In this document: positions 1-8,427 of the stretch, piece after piece
How positions within the stretch are numbered: position 1 is the stretch's first letter
Layout of the letters: every line of letters starts with the position of its first letter
The notes under the pieces: model-generated
Databases searched by the model: none
The model's input: only the letters and a program-made list of their open reading frames with translations
What the model was told of the DNA's origin: nothing
DNA from: Candidatus Omnitrophota bacterium
GTDB taxonomy: Bacteria; Omnitrophota; Gorgyraeia; 2-01-FULL-45-10
Direction: 5' to 3'
DNA length: 64,000 bases
NCBI GenBank assembly: GCA_026387175.1
Contig: JAPLME010000011.1
Span: 129,856 to 193,855 of the forward strand
Made by a program: the position numbers and the translations under genes

Positions 1-2
1 CG

Positions 3-602
3 TGCGACAGGATATTTATTAACACCAGCGGCATAGGAGAGGTATATTACGATAAGCTTTCGACTGATAATATAATGACAGGCGACTCCGTAATAGTGAG
101 CGGCCCCATAGGCGATCACGCGATAAGCGTGATCTCGAAGAGGGAGGGCATAGAATTCAATACTATGATCAGGAGCGATTCGGCCCCTCTCGACAAATTA
201 ATCAGTAAGGTATTACGCGCGTCAAAGAAGGTGCGTTTTATGCGCGATCCCACCAGGGGAGGACTGGCGACTACGTTGAACGAAATAGCGTCGGGCGCGA
301 AATCGGGTATCGCGGTAGAAGAGGCGAAAGTGCCGGTCGCCGAAGGCGTGCGGCAGGCCTGTGAACTCCTCGGATTCGACCCGTTATATCTTGCGTGTGA
401 GGGCAGAGTGATCATAATAGCCGCGAAAGAAGATGGGCCGCGGATATTAAAGGCATTACGTTCCGAAAAGTGCGGCCGTGGAGCTAAGATAATAGGAAAT
501 GTAACCGGTGATCATTCGGGGAGAGTTCACCTTAATACGATATCCGGCGGCAAGAGGATCCTCGATATGCTTTCGGGAGAACAATTACCCAGGATCTGTT
601 GA
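3..602 (+). CDS. hypE: Hydrogenase maturation factor HypE, C-terminal part. The 5' end is cut off by the window edge, and the reading frame is open back to base 3.
   Basis: The frame is open from the window edge. The protein ends in the HypE-specific C-terminal 'PRIC' cysteine motif. It has an AIR-synthase-like fold signature (GDHAISV, NTSGIG). The gene sits in a hydrogenase context. Confidence 0.8.
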   Translation, partial: CDRIFINTSGIGEVYYDKLSTDNIMTGDSVIVSGPIGDHAISVISKREGIEFNTMIRSDSAPLDKLISKVLRASKKVRFMRDPTRGGLATTLNEIASGAKSGIAVEEAKVPVAEGVRQACELLGFDPLYLACEGRVIIIAAKEDGPRILKALRSEKCGRGAKIIGNVTGDHSGRVHLNTISGGKRILDMLSGEQLPRIC

Positions 603-605
603 ATT

Positions 606-1328
606 ATGTACAAAGCGCGAACATACAGAAGATGGGTTGAGCCTAAAGGGCTCGTCCCTTTCGAGGTCATCGAAAAAGAGACCGATCTGGCTATCTCTGC
701 CTCGAAAGTTTTAGAGGCTCAGGCAAGGGCCGCGGTATTGACCTTTAGACAGGACCTGGAGAATTATATAAAGATGGACCGGTCCTTTTTAACGTCGCTT
801 GCGCCTGTCGATGTCAGGCCCGACGCTCCCGCTATTGTTAAAATGATGGCGGATGCCGCCTTCAGGGCCGGCGTCGGCCCGATGGCGGCCGTGGCCGGAG
901 CTGTAGCGGAGATGGTCGGCAGAGAACTATTGAAATACTCCGGTGAGGTGATAGTCGAGAACGGCGGCGATATATTTATGAAGACGGACAAGAAGACCGT
1001 GATAGGTATTTATGCAGGCGCCTCCTCACCATTCACCGGAAAGATCGCCCTGGAGGTTGCCCCCGGAGATAACGGCCTCGGCGTCTGTACTTCGAGCGGC
1101 ACGGTCAGCCATTCTTTAAGCTTTGGAAAATCGGATGCAGTTGTTATAATATCAGAAGAGGCCTCTCTGGCGGATGCGGTAGCTACGGCTACGGGAAATA
1201 TCTTAAAAGCTCCCGGCGACATAGAGAAGGCCATAAATTTCGCGAAGTCGATAAAAGGCATAACAGGGGTTTTGGTTATAATGAAGGATAAGATGGGGAG
1301 CTGGGGGGATATAAAACTGATAGAGTAG
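606..1328 (+). CDS. UPF0280/ApbE-like family protein, likely linked to Fe-S or hydrogenase maturation.
   Basis: 240 aa. Its start overlaps the hypE stop. It has the Gly/Ala-rich 'GVGPMAAVAGAVAE' core typical of the ApbE-like UPF0280 family. The assignment comes from recognising the motif, not from a search. Confidence 0.4.
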   Translation: MYKARTYRRWVEPKGLVPFEVIEKETDLAISASKVLEAQARAAVLTFRQDLENYIKMDRSFLTSLAPVDVRPDAPAIVKMMADAAFRAGVGPMAAVAGAVAEMVGRELLKYSGEVIVENGGDIFMKTDKKTVIGIYAGASSPFTGKIALEVAPGDNGLGVCTSSGTVSHSLSFGKSDAVVIISEEASLADAVATATGNILKAPGDIEKAINFAKSIKGITGVLVIMKDKMGSWGDIKLIE

Positions 1329-1745
1329 ATTTTTCGGCGGCAGCAATCCGGCGTTTACTTTCGGTCAATGCTTCCGCTTGCCGCTCGCTCGGAATAGGCT
1401 TCCTCGCTCGCTGTTGCTAAAATTTCGATGATGAAGCCTATACCGCCTATAGGTATCGAAATTTTAGAAAGTCGCTCCAGCATCGCCCGAAAGTTCCGCC
1501 ATCTGACGAGGCCGAAAAATTTACTGGTGGGGTGAGCAGAGAGTGAGATTGGGGCAGGGAGCGGAGGCGAAAATATCATGTGTGATGCCCCAGATGATAT
1601 CCTCAGGCAGCGGAACTTCTGAGGGAAGCCTGGAGCGACTTTCGTAAAATCTTGATACTTCTAGGCGATATACCAGGACAATGAAACTGCAAAATACGGT
1701 TATTTATCTATAGGCAGGTTCATTGGCCATCAAGATTTTACAACA

Positions 1746-1774
1746 GCAGATTTACATGCCTAATGTAAATCTGC
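1746..1774. promoter_or_regulatory. Perfect 12-bp inverted repeat (GCAGATTTACAT-N5-ATGTAAATCTGC) in the 560-bp noncoding gap. Candidate operator or RNA hairpin.
   Basis: The palindrome was read directly from the sequence. No U-run follows it, so it is unlikely to be a terminator. Confidence 0.35.
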
Positions 1775-1891
1775 GACAAGCGAAAGGCTTACCACAGAAG
1801 TTTCGATGCTGCAGGAGAGGCGGATAGGTAGTAAGCATCCGAAGGATATTTTCGCCGTAGATATTATTGACTGTTAACATAGGAGGTTACC

Positions 1892-2299
1892 ATGGTATCC
1901 AAGAAGATCGTTTTGACATTTAAGCATGACAACGTTGGCCAGCCTATCGTATATAAGCTCGTTAAGGACTATGACCTGGTCTTCAATATACTGCAGGCCA
2001 AGATCACGCCGCAGGAAGAGGGCGTCATGGTACTGGAGCTGAAGGGAAAGAAGGAAAATTACGCCGCGGGCATAAAATATCTTACATTGCTCGGCGTAAA
2101 GATACAGCCTCTTTCCCAGGATGTGACCAGGGACGAAGACAGATGCACTCACTGCGGCGCATGCGTTACGATATGCCCGTCCGAAGCGCTGTATACGGAC
2201 AAGAAGACGATGAAGGTGATATTCGATCCCGAGAAATGTATAGCCTGCGAACTCTGCGTAAAAGCCTGCCCCCCCAGAGCCATGATGGTCAAGCTATAG
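1892..2299 (+). CDS. NIL-domain / 2x[4Fe-4S] ferredoxin fusion protein.
   Basis: An AGGAGG RBS lies 8 nt upstream. The C-terminus carries two CxxCxxCxxxCP motifs (CTHCGACVTICP, CIACELCVKACP). The N-terminal ~75 aa are NIL-like. Confidence 0.6.
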   Translation: MVSKKIVLTFKHDNVGQPIVYKLVKDYDLVFNILQAKITPQEEGVMVLELKGKKENYAAGIKYLTLLGVKIQPLSQDVTRDEDRCTHCGACVTICPSEALYTDKKTMKVIFDPEKCIACELCVKACPPRAMMVKL

Positions 2300-2302
2300 A
2301 TC

Positions 2303-2821
2303 ATGGCTAAGAAGGCGCCGCTTAAAGGATTACCGCCGATCGTCGATCGTTCATCAAGGGTGCTGGTCCTGGGTTCTTTCCCGAGCATAATATCGAGAGA
2401 GAAGAGAGAATACTACGCCCATCCCCGTAATTATTTCTGGGAGATTATCGCCGGAGTTGTGGGCGAGAGAACGCCCGTTACCTATAGGCGGAAGAAAGCA
2501 TTACTGAAGAAGCATAAGATAGGTCTTTGGGATATAGTAGGGTCCTGTTACCTGGAAGGCACACAGGACAGCATGATAAGGGGCCCGGCATTAAATGATA
2601 TCGCCGGGCTGTTAATAAAATACCCGAATATTAAAGCCGTATTCTTAGGAGGTAAAAAAGCATACAGCCTTTTTAAAAGACGATATCCGGCCTTAAAAGT
2701 GCCGTGTGAATGCTTGCCATCTACAAGCCCCGCCAACGCGGGGCAATCTCTGGGATCTAAAAAATCCGAATGGGAAAAAATAATAAGGATAAATAATAAG
2801 TGTTGTCCGAGCAAGAGATAA
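2303..2821 (+). CDS. Uracil-DNA glycosylase superfamily protein. The pattern fits a DNA-deoxyinosine / hypoxanthine-DNA glycosylase.
   Basis: The N-terminal 'VLVLGSFPS...YYAHPRNYFW' and C-terminal 'PSTSPAN' motifs are characteristic of the COG3663 HDG/UDG family-6 type. Confidence 0.55.
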   Translation: MAKKAPLKGLPPIVDRSSRVLVLGSFPSIISREKREYYAHPRNYFWEIIAGVVGERTPVTYRRKKALLKKHKIGLWDIVGSCYLEGTQDSMIRGPALNDIAGLLIKYPNIKAVFLGGKKAYSLFKRRYPALKVPCECLPSTSPANAGQSLGSKKSEWEKIIRINNKCCPSKR

Positions 2822-4116
2822 TAAAAGACGATCTTCCAGCGGACCTGGATGTAAATGCCGAATTCCGGGCGGCTTTTGACCTTATGGAGAATACAAGCGA
2901 CTCTCTATTCATCACAGGCAAGGCGGGCACAGGCAAATCGACGCTTCTCAAATATTTCAAGGCCCACACGGGTAAGAAGGTGATAGTCCTGGCCCCGACA
3001 GGCGTTGCCGCCGTCAACATCAACGGCCAGACCATCCATTCTTTCTTTAAGTTCCCTCCGCGGGTCATCCAGAAGGAGACGATACGGCGCTTGCGCGATA
3101 AGAGCCTGGTAGGAAATCTCGATATGGTGATAATAGACGAAGTGTCGATGGTTCGCGCGGACCTGATGGACGGGATCGATTACGCTTTACGGATCAATCG
3201 CGACGAGATGAGGAAGCCGTTCGGAGGGGTCCAGATGGTGTTTTTCGGAGACCTCTTCCAACTCTGTCCCGTAGTCGAACAGGAGGCGAAGGCGCTTTTG
3301 GAAGAACGATACTCGAGCCCGTATTTTTTCAGCGCCAAAGTCTTTAACGATTTTTATGTAAAACCCATCGAACTCTCCACGATATACAGGCAAAAAGACG
3401 ACAGTTTTATGGAGCTATTGAACAGGGTCAGGAACAAGGAACATACCGAGGAAGATCTCGACACATTAAACGCGAGGGTCCAGAGAGATGCCTCATTTTC
3501 AGCGAAAGATGATACGGTGATCCTGACGACTACGAATGTCCTGGCGAACTCGATTAACCGCGACAGGTTGGCGAAGCTTCCCGGGAGAGAATTTATATAT
3601 GAAGCGATCGCCTCCGGTAAATTCGACGAGTCCGCGTATCCGACGGACGGAGCCTTAAAGTTAAAGAAGGGCGCGCAGGTGATATTGATAAAGAACGATC
3701 CCGCACGGCAATGGGTGAACGGCACGCTTGCCAGAATATTCGCCCTGTCGGACGATTCGATAACGGTCGATATCAAAGGGCGCCTATGCTCTATTCCGGT
3801 AGTGAAATGGCAGAAGATCGAATATAGTTATAATGAAGATGAGGACAAGATAGAAGACGAGATCGTGGGGACATTTGAGCAATATCCCATTAAGCTGGCC
3901 TGGGCCATAACGATTCATAAGAGCCAGGGGCAGACGTTCGATAAGGTTATACTCGACCTGGGAAACGGCGCGTTCACCCACGGCCAATTATACGTGGCAC
4001 TCAGCAGATGCACCCGCCTGGAGGGCATAAGGCTTAGGCGCCCGGTAATGGACAGCGACATTATATTCGATCCTCGCATCTACGAATTCAAAGACCGTTT
4101 TGCCTCTTTACTTTAG
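2800..4116 (+). CDS. Pif1/RecD-family ATP-dependent DNA helicase. GTG start. It overlaps the glycosylase gene by 22 nt.
   Basis: Walker A 'GKAGTGKST', Walker B 'VIIDEVSM', 'GDLFQLCPV' (the Pif1-type GDxxQLPPV motif) and the C-terminal 'ITIHKSQGQTF' motif are all present. Confidence 0.75.
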   Translation: MLSEQEIIKDDLPADLDVNAEFRAAFDLMENTSDSLFITGKAGTGKSTLLKYFKAHTGKKVIVLAPTGVAAVNINGQTIHSFFKFPPRVIQKETIRRLRDKSLVGNLDMVIIDEVSMVRADLMDGIDYALRINRDEMRKPFGGVQMVFFGDLFQLCPVVEQEAKALLEERYSSPYFFSAKVFNDFYVKPIELSTIYRQKDDSFMELLNRVRNKEHTEEDLDTLNARVQRDASFSAKDDTVILTTTNVLANSINRDRLAKLPGREFIYEAIASGKFDESAYPTDGALKLKKGAQVILIKNDPARQWVNGTLARIFALSDDSITVDIKGRLCSIPVVKWQKIEYSYNEDEDKIEDEIVGTFEQYPIKLAWAITIHKSQGQTFDKVILDLGNGAFTHGQLYVALSRCTRLEGIRLRRPVMDSDIIFDPRIYEFKDRFASLL

Positions 4117-4148
4117 TAATTTCCCGGCAAAACAGGCATAATTCCGCC

Positions 4149-4177
4149 TTGACTGGAGTTTGTTATTGGTCTACAAT
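4149..4177 (+). promoter_or_regulatory. Sigma70-type promoter (TTGACT-17 nt-TACAAT) for the hydrogenase operon.
   Basis: Near-consensus -35 and -10 boxes with a 17-nt spacer lie in an AT-rich gap. The TTG of the -35 box is what the ORF track uses as the start of ORF 4149. Confidence 0.6.
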
Positions 4178-4220
4178 ATATTCTCTTAATCAAATAAATT
4201 ATATGCATAATAATCTATAT

Positions 4221-5249
4221 ATGATATCCAAAAAAGACCTCTCCGACCTCTTCGGCCGGCTTGCCGCGAAGAATAGGGTTGTCGTGCCGTATGTGAAAGG
4301 CGAGAGGCTGCATTTCGGCGACTTTGATCCCAAAAAAGAGGATGTCATTGAGCTCGGTGGTATCAGGCAGAGCCAGCCGTTCAAATCGTTTATCAATCCC
4401 GCGAGAGAGAAGATGACCCCTTGCGGCAAGGATAAAAAACCCCTCATAATAGCCGGAGTAAAGGCATGCGACCTCTCAAGCCTTGTTTTGCAGGATTTCG
4501 TTTTCCAGGGCGGAGACGTCGAGGACCCGTTCTATACGGAGAATAGGAATAATACGACTATCATAGCTGTCGATTGCACTTACGCCAAGGAGACATGTTT
4601 CTGCATCGCGATGGACGGCGCCCCCTACCCGAGAAAGTTCTTCGACCTTTCGCTATCGGCCATAGATAACCATTTCCTTGTAGAGGCCGCTAGCCCGAAG
4701 GGACAGAAGATAGTCGATGATTTCAGGCCATTCTTTAAGAATCCGTCTTTACACATGGTAGATATAAGGCAGACGCTCCGCGACAGAGTGTCGAAGCAGG
4801 TGCAGGGCTTCATAGATAAGAGAGGCACTCAGAACACCTCACAGATCAAAGGGACGGTAAAGAAAAATTATGACCTGACGGAATTCTGGAAGGATATGGC
4901 GTCGACCTGCGTGGAGTGCGGGGCATGCAATCTGGTCTGCCCGACATGTCACTGTTTTCTGCTATCCGACGAGAAAGATACCTCCGGAGCGAAGCGTTTC
5001 AGGTCCTGGGACGCCTGTCTTTACGGTACGTTCGCCAGAGTGGCCGGAAATCATAATCCCAGGAGGCATCTGCATGAGCGCCTGCGCAACAGGTTCGATA
5101 AGAAGTTCGAATTCTTTCCGGAAGTGCTGAACTATTTCGCGTGCACGGGCTGCGGCCGCTGTATCGAAGCGTGCCCGGGAGATATAGATATAAGGGAAGT
5201 CTTGAAAGGCCTGGTAGTGGGAAAATGGAGCAAACCTCCGCATGATTAG
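4221..5249 (+). CDS. Fe-S cluster subunit resembling AsrA (anaerobic sulfite reductase A) and HydB (sulfhydrogenase beta). A start at 4203 is also possible.
   Basis: Cys clusters 'CVECGACNLVCPTCHC' and 'CTGCGRCIEACP' are present. The domain organisation is AsrA/HydB-like. Paired with the following HydG-like gene (8-nt overlap), the two look like HydBG-like partners. Confidence 0.6.
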   Translation: MISKKDLSDLFGRLAAKNRVVVPYVKGERLHFGDFDPKKEDVIELGGIRQSQPFKSFINPAREKMTPCGKDKKPLIIAGVKACDLSSLVLQDFVFQGGDVEDPFYTENRNNTTIIAVDCTYAKETCFCIAMDGAPYPRKFFDLSLSAIDNHFLVEAASPKGQKIVDDFRPFFKNPSLHMVDIRQTLRDRVSKQVQGFIDKRGTQNTSQIKGTVKKNYDLTEFWKDMASTCVECGACNLVCPTCHCFLLSDEKDTSGAKRFRSWDACLYGTFARVAGNHNPRRHLHERLRNRFDKKFEFFPEVLNYFACTGCGRCIEACPGDIDIREVLKGLVVGKWSKPPHD

Positions 5250-6072
5250 CTGCGCGAAGAATCCATACGCGTTTATCGACGCGGAAGTGCTGAAGGTGAC
5301 CGATGAGACGTCGAACATAAAGACGTTCACTCTGAGGCCACGCGCCGACATCTCTTTCAGGGCCGGGCAGTTCATGGAAGTGACGCTTCCGGGCATAGGA
5401 GAGGCGCCGTTTACTCCGTCCTCGAACCATAATTTTAAGGAGACGCTTGATTTCACGATAATGAGCGCCGGCCGTGTCACAAAACTCCTGCACCAGGCGA
5501 AGGCGGGCGATGTAATAGGCCTGCGCGGGCCGTATGGCGCGAAGTACCCTCTGGATGTATTCAAAGGCAAAGAGGTATTCATAGTAGGCGGCGGCGTGGG
5601 CTTGGCGCCACTGAGAGCACTGCTATATGCGTTATTCAACGACGTGAACGATTATAAGAAGATAATCTTAAGATACGGCGCCAGGTCGCCGAGCGATATA
5701 GTTTATAAGGGCGAAATAGATTCCTGGAAGACTAAGGCGGGCCACGTCGACATCATGGTCAGCTGCGACGTCGGAGACCCGTCATGGAACGGCCATGTCG
5801 GACTGGTCACCACTATACTTAAGACCGAGGGGCTGGACGTAAATAACGCTGTCGCGATAGTGTGCGGCCCGCCCATAATGATGAAGTTTGCCACATTCAA
5901 ACTTTTGGACCTCGGGTTCAAGGACAGCCAGATATACCTTTCGATGGAAAAGAATATGTCATGCGGGATCGGTAAATGCGGCCATTGCAGGATAGGGCCA
6001 TACTACGCCTGCAAGGACGGCCCCGTATTTTCTTATGACAAGATAAAAGGGCTCCCTAATATTTGGGATTGA
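5242..6072 (+). CDS. FAD/NAD(P)-binding oxidoreductase with a C-terminal [2Fe-2S] cluster. Resembles PyrK, AsrB and sulfhydrogenase gamma (HydG).
   Basis: A ferredoxin-reductase-type FAD/NAD fold is indicated by 'RAGQFMEV' and 'FIVGGGVGLAPLRALL'. The C-terminus has 'CGIGKCGHCRIGPYYAC'. Confidence 0.7.
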   Translation: MISCAKNPYAFIDAEVLKVTDETSNIKTFTLRPRADISFRAGQFMEVTLPGIGEAPFTPSSNHNFKETLDFTIMSAGRVTKLLHQAKAGDVIGLRGPYGAKYPLDVFKGKEVFIVGGGVGLAPLRALLYALFNDVNDYKKIILRYGARSPSDIVYKGEIDSWKTKAGHVDIMVSCDVGDPSWNGHVGLVTTILKTEGLDVNNAVAIVCGPPIMMKFATFKLLDLGFKDSQIYLSMEKNMSCGIGKCGHCRIGPYYACKDGPVFSYDKIKGLPNIWD

Positions 6073-6076
6073 CCAT

Positions 6077-6583
6077 ATGAAGAGACTACTCATAGATTTG
6101 GATGCATGCTCCGGATGCGATGAATGCGGGATGCTCTGCAGTTATATACAGCATCCCGGCAATAACGGTATAACGTCCCTGCGTGAATTCGGACATTTCG
6201 CTATCGTCTGCCGCAGGTGCGACGATGCCCCGTGCGTGGCCTCATGCCCGTGGGAAGCGCTGGAATTGCAGAAAGAGTACAATATGATAAAGCGCTATCT
6301 GATGCGCTGCACCTCCTGCAAATCCTGTTCCAGGGCCTGTCCGTTCGGAGTCATATATCCGGAGACGATACCGCTGGTGGCATCACGCTGCGATTACTGT
6401 TTGGGCAGGCTGAGGGCGGACGAGTATCCTGTATGCCTGCAGTCGTGCAGTCACGGCGGAATAAAATACGGCGAGTTCGAGGAGAACAAGGAAGAGAACA
6501 TATTTAAGGCATCGGAATACTTATTGATCAAGACGAACTATAAATGGGAGCGGGTCCTCGAGCTCCCGAAGAAAAAACAATAG
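6077..6583 (+). CDS. Multi-cluster 4Fe-4S ferredoxin-like electron-transfer subunit (HycB/DmsB-like).
   Basis: Several Cys motifs are present: CSGCDECGMLC, CRRCDDAPCVASCP, CTSCKSCSRACP, CDYCLGR...CLQSC. Confidence 0.65.
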   Translation: MKRLLIDLDACSGCDECGMLCSYIQHPGNNGITSLREFGHFAIVCRRCDDAPCVASCPWEALELQKEYNMIKRYLMRCTSCKSCSRACPFGVIYPETIPLVASRCDYCLGRLRADEYPVCLQSCSHGGIKYGEFEENKEENIFKASEYLLIKTNYKWERVLELPKKKQ

Positions 6584-6585
6584 AT

Positions 6586-7524
6586 ATGGACGCATTGTTA
6601 TATATATTAGCTTTTCTGGTATTTCCGGGGTTATTATTCTCCGGAATCATGGGGCTCCTTGTGGGCTGGGTTGACAGGAAAGTCACGGCCAGGCTTCAGT
6701 GGAGATCCGGTCCGCCGTGGTATCAGAACTTTCTCGATATAGCGAAGCTGGGGTTATATAAGGAGACGCTGATACCCGAGGGTGTATCGAAGGTCATGTT
6801 CTTAGGGATGCCCGTTTTGGCCCTCGCCGCTACGACTCTCGTATCTACGGTAGTCCTTGTAGCGAACATTTTTCCCATAACGGGTTTCATCGGGGATATC
6901 ATAGTCGTCATCTATCTTTTACTTATACCGCCTGTCGCGCTTATGCTCGGAGGTTTCTCGTCGGCGAACTCCGTAGCTTCCCTGGGAGCCTCCAGAGAGA
7001 TGAAGCTGATGCTCTCATATGAGCTGCCGTTTATATTGACGTTGGTGACGGTAATCATTAAGAGCGGTTACGCGATAAGGCTGGGCGAGATCATTACATA
7101 CCAGCGCATGCATGGGGATATCTTTGCGAGCCCATCGGGGTTCATAGCATTCTTTGTAATGCTCCTATGTGTGCAGGCGAAACTCGGTTTTGTCCCGTTC
7201 GATATGCCCGAGGCCGAAACGGAGATCATGTCGGGGCCATACATAGAATACTCAGGTAAGGCGCTCGCCATATTCAAATTGGCTAAAGCAATGCTCTTAT
7301 TTGTCATCCCCGTTATTTTGATAACACTCTATTTTGGCGGCATAAAGTTAAGCCTTGGAGGCCTGCTCAAGACCGTGGTAGAGTACGTATCGATACTGGT
7401 ATTGATCATTGTGATAAAGAATACGAATCCCCGCGTCAGGATAGACCATGCGGTGAAGTTTTTTTGGGGCACAGTAACAGTGGGGGCTCTTTTATCGGTG
7501 GCGCTGGCGCTTATAGGAAGATAG
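6586..7524 (+). CDS. Membrane subunit of the NuoH/HycD/EchB/MbhM family.
   Basis: Polytopic membrane protein with the 'ARLQWRSGPPW' signature. The start chosen is the ATG immediately after the upstream stop. The ORF track's 6544 start would overlap the upstream gene by 40 nt. Confidence 0.7.
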   Translation: MDALLYILAFLVFPGLLFSGIMGLLVGWVDRKVTARLQWRSGPPWYQNFLDIAKLGLYKETLIPEGVSKVMFLGMPVLALAATTLVSTVVLVANIFPITGFIGDIIVVIYLLLIPPVALMLGGFSSANSVASLGASREMKLMLSYELPFILTLVTVIIKSGYAIRLGEIITYQRMHGDIFASPSGFIAFFVMLLCVQAKLGFVPFDMPEAETEIMSGPYIEYSGKALAIFKLAKAMLLFVIPVILITLYFGGIKLSLGGLLKTVVEYVSILVLIIVIKNTNPRVRIDHAVKFFWGTVTVGALLSVALALIGR

Positions 7525-7525
7525 A

Positions 7526-7963
7526 ATGGGACTAAAAGAGAACATACTTACAAGATCGATAAATATATTCCATGTATCGAGCGGGAGCTGCAATAACTGC
7601 GATATAGAGATCATCGACAGCCTTACGCCGCGTTTCGATCTGGAGCGTTTCGGGGTGACGCTGGTCGGCAGCATAAAGCATGCGGACGCTATGCTCTGCA
7701 CCGGGAGCGCCAATCGCCTGACGATACCTATTATAAAGAAATTATATGAGCAGATGCCCAAGCCCGGCTTCGTTATAGTGTACGGCGCCTGCGGGTGTTC
7801 AAGAGGCTTATTTAAAGACAGCTATAATACAGGCGCTCCTCTCGACGAAATAATACCGGTCGATGCGTATATACCTGGGTGCCCTCCGAAGCCTGAGGCA
7901 ACCATTGCGGCACTTGTCAAATTGATAAGTAAGATAAAATCGAATAAGGCCAAAAAAATATGA
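7526..7963 (+). CDS. Group-4 [NiFe]-hydrogenase small subunit (NuoB/HycG/EchC/MbhJ-like).
   Basis: Carries the NuoB-type Cys ligands for the proximal cluster: 'GSCNNCD', 'GACGCSRG', 'GCPPKP'. Confidence 0.85.
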   Translation: MGLKENILTRSINIFHVSSGSCNNCDIEIIDSLTPRFDLERFGVTLVGSIKHADAMLCTGSANRLTIPIIKKLYEQMPKPGFVIVYGACGCSRGLFKDSYNTGAPLDEIIPVDAYIPGCPPKPEATIAALVKLISKIKSNKAKKI

Positions 7964-8427
7964 CGATAGACGATATCCTGAAGAATATAAACGACCATTT
8001 TGGCGACAGGGTGCTGAAGACGGAGAAGAAGTCCTCGAAGAGGGCATATCTCGACATATATCCTAAGGATATAGTGGATATGGCCGGATACATATTTAAA
8101 GAACTCGGCCTTCGGTTCAATATAGCCAGCGCGGTGGATGATTTCGACAGAATAGAGATACTCTACCACTTCGCGTACGATCCCTCCGGCGTAATAATAT
8201 CGGTAAGGGCAATATTGAATGATAAAGACAGCCCGTCCATCGATACCATCACCCATGTCACTAAGGCGGCGTGGTGGATAGAGAGGGAGATACATGAGCT
8301 ATTCGGCGTGGAATTTGAAGGTAACGAGGACCTGAGGACGCTCCTCTTGCCCGACGATTGGCCGAAAGGCGTTTATCCGATGAGGAAGAGCTTCGTTGTG
8401 CCTAAGAGAGATTCGAGGAAAGCATGA
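7960..8427 (+). CDS. NuoC/EchD/MbhK-like 30-kDa subunit.
   Basis: 'WWIEREIHELFGVEFEGN' is the NuoC signature. The gene overlaps both neighbours by 4 nt. Confidence 0.8.
   Translation: MTIDDILKNINDHFGDRVLKTEKKSSKRAYLDIYPKDIVDMAGYIFKELGLRFNIASAVDDFDRIEILYHFAYDPSGVIISVRAILNDKDSPSIDTITHVTKAAWWIEREIHELFGVEFEGNEDLRTLLLPDDWPKGVYPMRKSFVVPKRDSRKA

Noticed and set aside
4149-4220. The ORF track begins the AsrA/HydB-like gene at a TTG at 4149, adding 24 residues (MTGVCYWSTIYSLNQINY...).
   Set aside because: That TTG is the -35 hexamer of a near-consensus TTGACT-17-TACAAT promoter. Translation more plausibly begins at the ATG at 4221 (or 4203).
6217-6507. A 96-aa plus-strand ORF in an alternative frame within the polyferredoxin gene, and the similar 12397-12669 ORF within mrpC.
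   Set aside because: They are alternative-frame artefacts. The overlapping frames carry the Cys-cluster and MnhC signatures.
6544-6585. An upstream ATG start for the NuoH-like gene.
   Set aside because: It would overlap the polyferredoxin gene by 40 nt. The ATG at 6586 directly follows the upstream stop and gives a typical hydrophobic N-terminus.
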